64,000 bases of DNA from contig OZ244207.1 of assembly GCA_965216875.1 (NCBI GenBank), positions 5,664,001-5,728,000 of the forward strand, in the 5' to 3' direction. Below the pieces are notes generated by a model. The model ran no database searches, was not told the DNA's origin, and saw only the letters and a program-made list of their open reading frames with translations. Positions 19,138 through 28,634 of the stretch are shown in pieces. This stretch comes from Rubripirellula sp. (GTDB lineage Bacteria > Planctomycetota > Planctomycetia > Pirellulales > Pirellulaceae). A program made the translations under genes and the position numbers. Numbering within the stretch: position 1 is the first letter of the stretch; the number at the start of each line of letters is the position of its first letter.

Positions 19138-19884
19138 CTACAGGACTGCCGGTGCGTAGATCAACTCGCTTGGTGGCATCGCATCGGTCACATGCCATTG
19201 GCCATCGCCCGAAGAGCGTTCGATCTGGTATTCCATAATCACCTGGACCTTCGCATTACTTTCACCTGTGGGATCTTCGAAGACGAGATCGACCATCTGG
19301 AAGGTGTAGTGGGTGTAAACGCGAGGCCTGCGCTGCAGTTTCCACTCGGCGCCAGGACCACGATCACGGATTGAGTTGTTGACCGAACTGGTCACGAACT
19401 CGACCAACGAATCCTCCGCCGCTGGATTCATTTGGTAGTGAGCCTTCAAAGGCATGGTGGGCGCGAATCGGTTGACGTGATTCTTTCGCATTTCCATCGC
19501 CAATTCGTACTCACCAAGCGCGATCAGCTCGATGTAGTCGCGAGCAAACTTCTCGGCTTGGGAGCCCAAGGTTTGTTGCTTCAACGTTGGGACGGTAACT
19601 CCCAACGCACCAAACCCAAAGGCGAGCACGATCCCAACCTTGGCTGCGGTCTTCCCAACCGGCACCGCTTCACCGTGACGTCGCAGGGCAAAGAGACCGA
19701 CCAAAATGGCCACGCCCGGAATCATCACCATCGGAAACGCCAAGTAGGCGACCGGACTGAGAAGCCCGAGGATCAGGCACAGAAAGCCCGAAATCCGCAG
19801 CGGCGCGACCTCCTCCTCACCTAGGCTGTATCCCCCCTCGGCTCCCATCGAGGGAATGTATGCTTCGTTCGTTTCAGTCGACAT
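19138..19884 (-). CDS. Hypothetical membrane protein (DUF4190-like N-terminal TM region)
   Basis: LCLILGLLS...GLFALRR...GKTAAKVGIVL pattern followed by a soluble domain; start placed at MSTETNE. Confidence 0.6.
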   Translation of the reverse strand: MSTETNEAYIPSMGAEGGYSLGEEEVAPLRISGFLCLILGLLSPVAYLAFPMVMIPGVAILVGLFALRRHGEAVPVGKTAAKVGIVLAFGFGALGVTVPTLKQQTLGSQAEKFARDYIELIALGEYELAMEMRKNHVNRFAPTMPLKAHYQMNPAAEDSLVEFVTSSVNNSIRDRGPGAEWKLQRRPRVYTHYTFQMVDLVFEDPTGESNAKVQVIMEYQIERSSGDGQWHVTDAMPPSELIYAPAVL

Positions 19885-20040
19885 ATTGCGGGGAAAAAGA
19901 CGTATCGGCGGGTAGAAAATGGAGAGACAACTGGGGTCTACGCACCCAACGGGCACTTGGTTTGCGCAAAAAGGCGCCAGGGTCCATTTTTGATGATTGG
20001 ATGCGTGATTGTATGCACAAGGCACGCCCCGACCGTTTTC

Positions 20041-20153
20041 GGTGCGTGCAAGCACACCCTACGAGCTCGTGCTCAGCATTGCGGTACTCGTACTCTTATC
20101 GATCCGGCGTTTCACACACCCTGCATTTTGGTGCGTGCAAGCACACACCCTAC
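20041..20153 (-). repeat. Two GTAG-type REP-like units (GTAGGGTGTGCTTGCACGCACC on the minus strand)
   Basis: ggtgcgtgcaagcacaccctac at 20041-20062 and ggtgcgtgcaagcacacaccctac at 20130-20153. Confidence 0.7.
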
Positions 20154-20165
20154 GAAACTTCGATT

Positions 20166-21362
20166 TTAGGCGGCTCGTCGCAGGGGGGCCGGGGATTGGG
20201 CCAGCTCGGGCCGATCACAAAGCCAGGCGGCGGTTCGCTGTGAGGCACCGGGGCGGGCGTATTTCCAACGCAGCTGGTCAAGCTGATCGAGCGTCTGACG
20301 GTAGTAGTATTCGTCGCCAAGAAACGCATCGACGGTCTCGGTCAAGAAGTCGACCGCTGGCTCGGTTCGTCCCACCGAAACGAACTCGGGAAAGACTTTT
20401 CGCCCCGCCATCAAATTGGGAAGGGTGATGCTATCGAGCTTCACCACCATCCGACCGACCGTGTGCAGGAAACGACCGATGCGGTAGACGACAGCCGCAG
20501 GTGTTCGCCGCGCCGTCAGCTCCAAACTAACACTTCCACTCACCATCATCGCACAGTGTGCCGCCTCGATCACTTCACTGGTTCGCCCAACGAAAAACTC
20601 GATGGGCAACTCTGCGTCGCTGTCGTTCATTTGATCACGGCACCAAAGACATTGAGCATCTTTGTAGGACGCGACCACAAACCTTGCGTTGGGGTGTCGA
20701 ACATGCAAGCGGCGAATCGATTCAATCATCAACGGCCAATTGCGGTGCACTTCGTGAGTGCGTGATCCAGGCAAGACGGCAACGATCGGTGCATCGTCGC
20801 TCTCTTCGGTCACAAGTCGATCCATGACGCGATGATCGAGTTCGGTCTCCGAAACCGCATCGAAAAAGGGATGGCCGACGTAAGTGTTCGCAACGTTGTG
20901 TTGCGTGTAGTACTTCTCTTCGATTGGCAAGACATCCAGCACGTGATCGACGTACCGCCGGACTTTTCGAATCCGCCAACCTGCCCACGCCCAAAGCTGA
21001 GGGGGGCAATAGTAATAGACCGGAATCCCATACTTCTTGGCGCGTTTGGCGATGTGCCAGTTGAATCCTGGAAAGTCAACGAGCATCACGGCATCCACTT
21101 GACCGTCGCGAAACGCCTCTTCGGCTTGGTCCGCAAAGCGAAAGAAGTCGCGTAGCTTCGGAAGGACTTCGAGTAGACCGACCACAGCATGATTGGTCAG
21201 ATCCAAGTCGAGTCGACAACCAGCCGCCTTCATTTCAGGACCACCGAAACCGCGTACCTGTAGCGACGGATTGAGCGATCGGATTTCGCGAATCAATCGC
21301 GAAGCATGCTGATCGCCGCTCGGTTCGCCAACGGAAAAGAAAACGGTTTTGGGAGTGGTCAT
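20166..21362 (-). CDS. lpxB: Lipid-A-disaccharide synthase
   Basis: SVGEPSGDQH, VDFPGFNW, YYCPPQLWAW, YVGHPF, LPGSR, SGSVSLE, LPNL. Confidence 0.95.
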   Translation of the reverse strand: MTTPKTVFFSVGEPSGDQHASRLIREIRSLNPSLQVRGFGGPEMKAAGCRLDLDLTNHAVVGLLEVLPKLRDFFRFADQAEEAFRDGQVDAVMLVDFPGFNWHIAKRAKKYGIPVYYYCPPQLWAWAGWRIRKVRRYVDHVLDVLPIEEKYYTQHNVANTYVGHPFFDAVSETELDHRVMDRLVTEESDDAPIVAVLPGSRTHEVHRNWPLMIESIRRLHVRHPNARFVVASYKDAQCLWCRDQMNDSDAELPIEFFVGRTSEVIEAAHCAMMVSGSVSLELTARRTPAAVVYRIGRFLHTVGRMVVKLDSITLPNLMAGRKVFPEFVSVGRTEPAVDFLTETVDAFLGDEYYYRQTLDQLDQLRWKYARPGASQRTAAWLCDRPELAQSPAPLRRAA

Positions 21363-21462
21363 CAAAAGGTCGCGTGGGCCAAGGGATGGCACGAAAGGGG
21401 AATGTGTTAAATAGGAAAGATGGAAAACGGGGTCAACGCTGGTTTGCCGTTGATAGCAATGG

Positions 21463-21585
21463 CAGGCTTCAGGCTTCAGGCTTCAGGCTTCAGGCTTCAG
21501 GCTTCAGGCTTCAGGCTTCAGGCTTCAGGCTTCAGGCTTCAGACGATGGACTCTCCTGAAGCCTGAAGCCTCACTCCTGAAGCCT
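21463..21585. repeat. Heptamer tandem repeat (CAGGCTT)x11 followed by short inverted copies
   Basis: Perfect array at 21463-21539; cctgaagcctgaagcct at 21555-21571 and cctgaagcct at 21576-21585. Confidence 0.95.
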
Positions 21586-21588
21586 CAC

Positions 21589-21636
21589 AAAAAAAAACGA
21601 CCCGATAAGGATTATTCATCCCCATCGGGTCGTTTT
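21589..21636 (-). terminator. Intrinsic terminator of the Cys-rich gene (possibly bidirectional)
   Basis: 13-bp stem aaaacgacccgat/atcgggtcgtttt, with a 9-T tail on the minus strand, about 45 nt after the stop. Confidence 0.85.
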
Positions 21637-21679
21637 GGGTCACGCCTGAGAAGCGTCAGTGCGTTCGTTTGCTAAAGGT

Positions 21680-22576
21680 TTAGCGAACGAAGACAGCACT
21701 GGCTTGAATGACGCGACGCTTGGTGTTCAAGCTAGCACTTGGGTCAACGACGGGTGCTGGTGGAACGGGAGCAGCTTCCATTGCTGGAGCAGCTGCTGCA
21801 GGTGCAGGAGCCGAGCATCCGCAAGAAGGCTCGCATCCGCATGCTGGTTCTTCGCAACCGCAAGCTGGCTCGCAGCAGCTGTCACATCCGCTGTCGCAGC
21901 AGCTCTTTTTGCAGCCACCGAAGAGCTTCGACAGCAGACCGCCGCAGCTCTTCTTAGGTGCACAGCAGCTGTCGCACGATGCTTCGCAACCGCAAGCTGG
22001 CTCTTCGCATCCGCAAGCTGGTTCGCAGCAAGCCGATTCGCAACCGCAAGCTGGCTCGCAAGCCGACTCACAACCACAAGCTGGCTCTTCGCAACCGCAA
22101 GCTGGCTCGCAGCAGCTGTCGCAACCGCTATCGCAGCAGGCGCTCTTCTTGCACGAGAACAGCTTCGACAGCAGACCGCCGCAGCTCTTCTTAGGTGCAC
22201 AGCAGCTGTCGCACGATGCTTCGCAACCGCAAGCTGGCTCGCATGCCGACTCGCAGCCACAGGCTGGTTCGCAAGCCGATTCGCAACCGCAAGCTGGCTC
22301 GCAAGCCGACTCACAACCGCAGGCTGGCTCGCAAGCCGATTCGCAACCACAAGCTGGTTCGCAAGCCGATTCGCATCCGCAAGCTGGCTCGCAAGCCGAC
22401 TCACATCCGCAGGCTGGTTCGCAGCACGAAGGTGCATCACATCCCGAGTCGCAGCAGCTGCTTGCGCTGCCGCATCCCTTGATACCGAGCATTCGATCCA
22501 AGAGATCAAAACCAAAGGTTTGGCTGCAGATGCTACAGCTCAGAACCATGGCCAAAGTCATAATTGTCCGCTTCAT
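21680..22576 (-). CDS. Secreted Cys-rich repeat protein (EPACGCE repeats)
   Basis: Signal-like MKRTIMTLAMVLSCSICSQTFG. 14 EPACGCE units with synonymous codon variation. GGAGA-like RBS upstream and terminator downstream. Confidence 0.85.
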   Translation of the reverse strand: MKRTIMTLAMVLSCSICSQTFGFDLLDRMLGIKGCGSASSCCDSGCDAPSCCEPACGCESACEPACGCESACEPACGCESACEPACGCESACEPACGCESACEPACGCESACEPACGCEASCDSCCAPKKSCGGLLSKLFSCKKSACCDSGCDSCCEPACGCEEPACGCESACEPACGCESACCEPACGCEEPACGCEASCDSCCAPKKSCGGLLSKLFGGCKKSCCDSGCDSCCEPACGCEEPACGCEPSCGCSAPAPAAAAPAMEAAPVPPAPVVDPSASLNTKRRVIQASAVFVR

Positions 22577-23250
22577 TGGAGCCACGTCTCCCTTTTCGCA
22601 ATTTCGCGGTGTGTAATCGCGGTGTTCCGTTTCCTTGCCCAGCGGCGTCCCCATTGGTTTGGGGAAGTCATCCAGGTGCGGTCGTCGGACGAAGTCGCCG
22701 ACGATCACACCTCGACATCCGCAACGAACTCCTACGAACCGGGTGCGGACACCCGGCCCGCCGACTTCGTTCAGTTCGTCGCCCCCTTCATTGGCTGCTC
22801 ATCACAGGCCGGGGAACGCGACGCGAGGATTGGTTTGGAACACCAACGAGACTCGGACATCCAATGTCAGAGCCTCTGGGTCCATCATTCGGTGAAACCA
22901 CGCTGCAACGAGCAACTGGGTCCATTTCCGAGCGATTCTGTATCCGTATCGACCCGCAAAGCCTGTGCGATCAATGTTCCGGCTAATTTTCGGCCTCTTG
23001 GAAAGGTTTGACGGCTGGGGAATATTCGCCGGTTTTGCGGGCCAATCGTGATTGACCGGTTGTGAGCGTGGCACATCCCCATCGATCCGTATAAACTGCA
23101 CAACCTGGTCGGAGGCGGGCGAATCTGCCCCCCCAGAAAACGATGCCGCCGTACCTATTATCCCTGGGGATCGCGGTTTCCATCGGCAACTGGTCCTGCG
23201 CGTTCGATACCGCGTCCACCCCCATCGCAACCACCGCTGGTAGACCCCAC

Positions 23251-23290
23251 CCCCCAACGTCGGCCCCCCAACATCGGCCCCCAACATCGG
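23251..23290. repeat. Three copies of a 13-14-bp unit CCCCCAAC(A/G)TCGG
   Basis: Read directly at 23251-23263, 23264-23277 and 23278-23290. Confidence 0.8.
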
Positions 23291-23309
23291 TTCGAGCAAT
23301 CACGAGGCT

Positions 23310-23753
23310 ATGTCACAAACGGAACCAGCCAGCTGCCGCGATGCCCAATGCTCTGAAAGCAATGGCGACGTTCCGCAACAAGACACAAGCAATCCTCAAG
23401 CGGTTGCCAGCAACGCGGCGGTGATCGATTTGACCAGCCTTCCGGCGGTGGCTTGTCCCTGCGGGACGGCCCGTCGAGCCCTGGCTGACCGAGACGAATT
23501 CCCCGGCACGGTCCACCTGACTCGCATCGAGAAAGACGCTCGCACGCACTACCATAAGGACCATACCGAGGTCTACGTTGTGCTCAGCTGCGAGCCGGAC
23601 GCTACGATCGAGCTCGATGGCCAAGCTCAACCGGTTCAGCCAAAGACCGCAATCTTGATTCCTCCAGGTGTTCGACACCGAGCCTGTGGCGAGATGGAGG
23701 TGTTGATTCTGTGTACTCCGAACTTCGACCCAGCAGACGAACATTTTGACTGA
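23310..23753 (+). CDS. Cupin-domain protein
   Basis: THYHKDHTEVYVV and IPPGVRHRA cupin motifs. Confidence 0.88.
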   Translation: MSQTEPASCRDAQCSESNGDVPQQDTSNPQAVASNAAVIDLTSLPAVACPCGTARRALADRDEFPGTVHLTRIEKDARTHYHKDHTEVYVVLSCEPDATIELDGQAQPVQPKTAILIPPGVRHRACGEMEVLILCTPNFDPADEHFD

Positions 23754-23853
23754 GGCAAGTTGCCTCAGTGACGTACCGCCCAAGAGGTGGTTTCTTAAGA
23801 CTCAGCTTTCACGACGAACCTCATTGCCTCCATTTTCTTGTACGAGATTTCCG

Positions 23854-26103
23854 ATGCCTGTTCAAACTTCTCGTCTGATCCGTCGCTTCTGTGCCGGCGC
23901 CATCGCCATGATGGTGGCCTCCACGACGCTGGCGACGTACGCGGGTGATTGGCCCTATTGGCGCGGCCCCAACTTCAACGGTACGGCCGAAGCGACCGGC
24001 TTGCCCGATAACTGGGATCCCAAGGGCGGCGAAGGAAGCAACCTGCTCTGGAAACGCGATGACATCGGTGGTCCCTGCACACCGATCGTGATGGACGGCC
24101 GCCTGTACACCATCCAACGCTCCGATCCAGGTACACCTCGCGAGGGCGAACGTGTGGTTTGTTTGGATGCCAAGACCGGCGATACCCTTTGGGAGAATCG
24201 CTACAACGTTTGGCTCTCTGATGTTCCAGCCGAACGCGTCGGTTGGAGCAGTGTCGTTGGTGACCCCGAGACGGGCAACGTCTACGTCTTGGGCGCATGC
24301 GACATCTTCCAATGCATCGATGGCAAAACCGGACAGACTCTTTGGAAGATTCCACTTCATGAACAATTCGGGATGCTCAGCACCTATGGTGGGCGGACCA
24401 ACTTCCCGATCGTTCACGAAGATCTGGTGATCATCAGTGGCATCATCATCAACTGGGGCGATCGCGCGAAACCCAACCATCGCTTGATTGCGATGGACAA
24501 GCGAACCGGCAAAGTCATTTGGTTCAACGGCACCACAGACTTGCCCTTCGACACGACCTACTCGGCGCCGAGCTTGGTTACGATCGACGGCCAACGTCAA
24601 TTGATCATGGGTGCTGGCGACGGAAAGGTTTGGGGCTTTCAGCCACGAACCGGCAAGCCGCTTTGGAGCTACTCGCTTTCGCGACGTGGCATCTTCGCGA
24701 CGCCACTTGTGGTTGGCAATCAAGTCTTCGCAAGTCACAGCGAAGAAAACGTCGGCGACTTTAATAACGTTATGGGCGCCGTCGCTGGCTTAAAGATCTC
24801 GGGCACCGGCGAAGACACCCAGATGGAAGAACTTTGGAAGCAGATGGAAGTGGTTGTTGGCTACAGCGAACCCGTCCTTGTGGATGATCGCCTGTACGTC
24901 GTCGATGACCGCTGCAAGATGTGGATCTTCGATGCCAAGACGGGCGAACCGATCATCGAACGCAAAGCCTTTGCTGGCAGTCGTCAGCGATCCGCATTGC
25001 TGTACGCCGACGGCAAGATCTACGTCACCACCGAGAACGGGCGTTGGGCGATCGTCAAACCGACGCAAGACGGATTCGAAGTTTTGAGCAAAGGTCGCAT
25101 CTCGCGAACCGGTTTTGGTGGCTCGCCAATCGTCGCCGACGGACGTCTTTACTTCCCAAGCACGACCGCGCTCTATTGCGTTGGCAACGAATCGGCGACA
25201 CAAACGTCCGTCGATATCACCAAAGCGATGGGCGAAGAAACGCCGGTTGGTGACAACCCCGCGATCGCTCAAGTTCAAATCACACCAGGCGAACAATTGC
25301 TCAAACCGGGCGAATCCGTTGAGCTATCGATCAACGTGTTCAACGCCCTTGGCCAAAAGCTTGAAACACCCTCCGACGTGACCTTTGCGGTTTCGGGACC
25401 GGGTGCAATCGAAGGAAACACGTTCACCGCTTCGGCGGACGCCGCACACACCGCCGCCACCATCACTGCGAGCGTTGGCGAGGTCAGCGGTTCGACACGC
25501 GTGCGAATCGTTCCACCGCTGCCTTGGAAATTCACCTTTGACGATCTCGACGACGCGCCACTGTCTTGGGTGGGTGCCCGTTATCGACACGTGATCCGCC
25601 CAAAAGATGGGTCCAATGTTCTGACCAAAGTGAACACGATCCCCAAGGGTGCTCGTAGTCGCGCATGGATGGGACACAGCGATCTTTCGGAATACACGAT
25701 TGCCGCCGACGTTAGCGGCTCACGAATGAGCGACCAACTTCCCGACATCGGGTTGACCTCACACGGTTATGTCCTCGACTTGATGGGCGAATCGCAACAG
25801 CTTCAAATCCGGACTTGGTCGGCGCAACTTCGCATGGCATCGACCGTCGAGTTCCCGTGGCAAGAAGACACTTGGTACCGAATGAAGTTCCGGGTCGACC
25901 TCGAAAGCGATCCCCCGGCGTCGGTCGCCATCTTGCGAGGCAAAGTATGGCCTCGAGACGAACCAGAACCAAAGGAATGGACCATCACCGCGCGAGACGA
26001 ATCGCCGAACCTCAATGCGAGCCCAGGGCTTTACGGCAACGCCAAAGTTGCTGAACTGTACTTGGACAACATCGAAGTGACCGCCAACACCGAGCTTGAG
26101 TAG
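23854..26103 (+). CDS. Exported PQQ-like (BamB-like) beta-propeller protein with C-terminal Ig-like and beta-sandwich domains
   Basis: Signal peptide followed by DWPYWRGP. Repeated DAKTG..LW blades and SPIVADGRLY. Confidence 0.88.
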   Translation: MPVQTSRLIRRFCAGAIAMMVASTTLATYAGDWPYWRGPNFNGTAEATGLPDNWDPKGGEGSNLLWKRDDIGGPCTPIVMDGRLYTIQRSDPGTPREGERVVCLDAKTGDTLWENRYNVWLSDVPAERVGWSSVVGDPETGNVYVLGACDIFQCIDGKTGQTLWKIPLHEQFGMLSTYGGRTNFPIVHEDLVIISGIIINWGDRAKPNHRLIAMDKRTGKVIWFNGTTDLPFDTTYSAPSLVTIDGQRQLIMGAGDGKVWGFQPRTGKPLWSYSLSRRGIFATPLVVGNQVFASHSEENVGDFNNVMGAVAGLKISGTGEDTQMEELWKQMEVVVGYSEPVLVDDRLYVVDDRCKMWIFDAKTGEPIIERKAFAGSRQRSALLYADGKIYVTTENGRWAIVKPTQDGFEVLSKGRISRTGFGGSPIVADGRLYFPSTTALYCVGNESATQTSVDITKAMGEETPVGDNPAIAQVQITPGEQLLKPGESVELSINVFNALGQKLETPSDVTFAVSGPGAIEGNTFTASADAAHTAATITASVGEVSGSTRVRIVPPLPWKFTFDDLDDAPLSWVGARYRHVIRPKDGSNVLTKVNTIPKGARSRAWMGHSDLSEYTIAADVSGSRMSDQLPDIGLTSHGYVLDLMGESQQLQIRTWSAQLRMASTVEFPWQEDTWYRMKFRVDLESDPPASVAILRGKVWPRDEPEPKEWTITARDESPNLNASPGLYGNAKVAELYLDNIEVTANTELE

Positions 26104-26229
26104 GTCACAGCTGAATGGATTGGCATTGCGGCAACATACGACCGCCCTGCCCTGCCCCATGCGAGCCAGTCTCTGGCTCTGCATTCACCGAACAACTACA
26201 CCTCCTTTACTAGTACCTTCACAACAGCC

Positions 26230-28404
26230 ATGCGCAAGAACGAACTTTCCGCCTGGAGCCTGATGTTCGCTGCCACCGTCATGGGCAGCATCACGTCGAT
26301 CGCCCTCAGTGGTTGTAAGCCTCCGACCGAAACGAACGTTGACATTTCGACCGACGCTCTTGCCGAATCGAGCAACCAAACTGCGGTCAGCAGCAACGTC
26401 TCGACATCGGTTCCCACACCAGGCAGCAACCTCACAACGGCTGTACGCACACCGATCGAGACTCCGCTCGGCGGCGAACTCGCGCCAAGCTCGAAACCTT
26501 CCGAGCAAACATTGGTCGCAGAGTATGCGGATGTCGAAGAAGTCCAGACCTCTGGTGGCGACTGGCCTCAATGGGGCGGCACACGTGAAAAGAACAACGT
26601 GCCTGGCGCTAAGAACCTGCCACTCGAATGGAACATCGGCCGCTTTGATCGCAAGACTGGCGCGTGGGACAGCTCCAAAGCACTCAACATCCGCTGGTTC
26701 GCACCACTTGGCAGCCAAACCTACGGCAACCCCGTTGTCGCCGGCAAGCAGGTTTACGTGGGCACCAACAACGGTGCCGGACACCTCAAACGTTACCCAT
26801 CGAAAGTCGACCTCGGTTGCCTCTTGGCGTTTAGCGAAACCGACGGAACTTTCCTTTGGCAACACAGCAGCGAAAAGCTGATCACCGGCCGTGTTCACGA
26901 TTGGCCCCTGCAAGGCATCTGCTGTGCACCGCTTGTCGAAGGCGAACGGCTCTGGTTTGTCACCAGCCGCGGCGAGGTCCGCTGCTTGGACACCAAGGGC
27001 TTTCACGATGGCGAAGATGATGGCCCCGTGACCAACGAACCCGCAAAAGTTGCGGCGATCATGAACGCTGGCCCAACCGCCGAAGTTCACGCCAACGCTC
27101 TTTCCGCACTCTCCGAAGGTGTGCTGATCGATGAAGTCAAAGAGATCCTTGCTAAAGCGGGCGAGCCTGTCGAAGGTGACGTCAAAATTGAAACCGTCAC
27201 CGAAGGAAGTGCCTGGAAAGCAACGGGCAACTTCAACGGTGTCGACCGAACACTTTCAGTCAAACAACTTGGCCCTCGCTTGACCTTCTTCAAGGCACTG
27301 GGCGTTGACGACAAACGGGATGCGGATGTGATCTGGGTCTTTGACATGATGAAGACCCTTGGCATTAGCCAACACAACATGTGCTCGTGCAGCGTCACCA
27401 GCCTCGGTGACTTGTTGTTCGTCAACACGAGCAACGGATTGGATGAGTCGCACATCAACCTACCGGCCCCAAGTGCACCGACTTTCATTTGCATGGACAA
27501 GAACTCGGGCGAAGTCCTTTGGACGGACGCCTCACCCGGCGAAAACATCTTGCACGGACAATGGTCGAGCCCATCGATCTCGATCTTCGATGGCGTGCCT
27601 CAAGTTCTTTTCGCGGGCGGCGACGGGATCCTTTACAGCTTCAAAGCGGATCGCGGAAAAGATGGCAAACCCGAACTGCTTTGGAAATTTGACTGTAACC
27701 CCAAACAATCGAAGTGGATCCTTGGTGGCGAAGGCACACGCAACAACTTGATCGCAACACCCGTTGCCTACGACGGATTGGTCTACATCGCTGTTGGCCA
27801 AGACCCCGAGCACGGCGAAGGTGAAGGACACCTGTGGTGCATCGACCCAACCAAGCGCGGCGACATCTCACCACAACTGGCGATGAAGATTGAAGGCGAT
27901 GTTCGCAAACCCATCGATCACAAGCGGATCCAAGCGGTCGAACCAGAAAAGGGAGAAATTGAAGTCGACAACCCGAACTCCGGCGTTGTTTGGCACTATT
28001 CCATGGCCGACAGCAATGAAGATGGAACCATCGACTTCGAAGAAGAGATGCACCGCAGCTGTGGCACGGTCGCGATCAAAGACAACGTCCTTTACATCGC
28101 AGACTTTTCCGGATTGGTTCACTGCCTTGATGCCAAGGGAACCAAGGACGGCAAGCCCATCGTTCACTTCACCTATGACATGCTGGCTCAAAGCTGGGGA
28201 AGCCCCCTGATCGCCGACGGCCACGTTTTCATCGGTGACGAAGATGGCGATGTCTGCGTCTTTGAATTCGGTGCCGAGAACAACGAACCGATCGACGAGA
28301 TCAACATGGGCACGAGCGTCTACAGCACGCCCGTGGCAGCCAATGAAACGATCTTCATCAGCACCAAGGACAAACTGTTCGCGATTTCACTGACCGAAGA
28401 GTGA
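26230..28404 (+). CDS. PQQ-like beta-propeller lipoprotein
   Basis: Lipobox IALSGC; DWPQWGG; YGNPVVAG; WGSPLIADGHVF; YSTPVAAN. Confidence 0.88.
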   Translation: MRKNELSAWSLMFAATVMGSITSIALSGCKPPTETNVDISTDALAESSNQTAVSSNVSTSVPTPGSNLTTAVRTPIETPLGGELAPSSKPSEQTLVAEYADVEEVQTSGGDWPQWGGTREKNNVPGAKNLPLEWNIGRFDRKTGAWDSSKALNIRWFAPLGSQTYGNPVVAGKQVYVGTNNGAGHLKRYPSKVDLGCLLAFSETDGTFLWQHSSEKLITGRVHDWPLQGICCAPLVEGERLWFVTSRGEVRCLDTKGFHDGEDDGPVTNEPAKVAAIMNAGPTAEVHANALSALSEGVLIDEVKEILAKAGEPVEGDVKIETVTEGSAWKATGNFNGVDRTLSVKQLGPRLTFFKALGVDDKRDADVIWVFDMMKTLGISQHNMCSCSVTSLGDLLFVNTSNGLDESHINLPAPSAPTFICMDKNSGEVLWTDASPGENILHGQWSSPSISIFDGVPQVLFAGGDGILYSFKADRGKDGKPELLWKFDCNPKQSKWILGGEGTRNNLIATPVAYDGLVYIAVGQDPEHGEGEGHLWCIDPTKRGDISPQLAMKIEGDVRKPIDHKRIQAVEPEKGEIEVDNPNSGVVWHYSMADSNEDGTIDFEEEMHRSCGTVAIKDNVLYIADFSGLVHCLDAKGTKDGKPIVHFTYDMLAQSWGSPLIADGHVFIGDEDGDVCVFEFGAENNEPIDEINMGTSVYSTPVAANETIFISTKDKLFAISLTEE

Positions 28405-28464
28405 TTTGAGACCCACTCGAATGCAACGCCGTTCGTGTACCGCCAACAGGCGAAGACCCCGTTC

Positions 28465-28521
28465 GTAGTACCGCCCCTAAGGCGGAAGGGCGTGAAGATT
28501 CCGGCTAAAGCTCGGTACTAC
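28465..28521. repeat. GTAG-type REP doublet (REPIN-like)
   Basis: GTAGTACCGCCCCTAAGGCGGAA ... TTCCGGCTAAAGCTCGGTACTAC inverted pair; a related half unit lies at 35010-35030. Confidence 0.7.
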
Positions 28522-28634
28522 AAACCACGGCGGGCCTCCAGGCCCGTCTGTATATGTCGTACAGGCTTGTCAGCGGCGGGATTGGAAAGATACTGTGGTG
28601 CCTTCCCAATCCCTTCCCCATACAGCGAAATGTG

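Noticed and set aside
18919..19374. 151-aa ORF as a transposase of the MITE
   Set aside because: No DDE or HUH motifs; it runs antisense into a real gene
21374..21559. ORF with LQASGFR repeats
   Set aside because: Artefact of the CAGGCTT heptamer array
21680..22430. 30-bp periodic repeats as a CRISPR array
   Set aside because: No unique spacers, in-frame with synonymous variation, and no cas genes; it is a coding repeat
21680..22576. Cys-rich protein as a multi-core RiPP precursor
   Set aside because: No radical SAM, YcaO, lanthionine synthetase, peptidase or transporter genes adjacent; a Sec-like signal is present
21659..23011. Long alternative ORFs over the Cys-rich gene (450, 302 and 262 aa)
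   Set aside because: Stop-free shadows of the repeat; RBS, signal peptide and terminator support the minus-strand Cys frame
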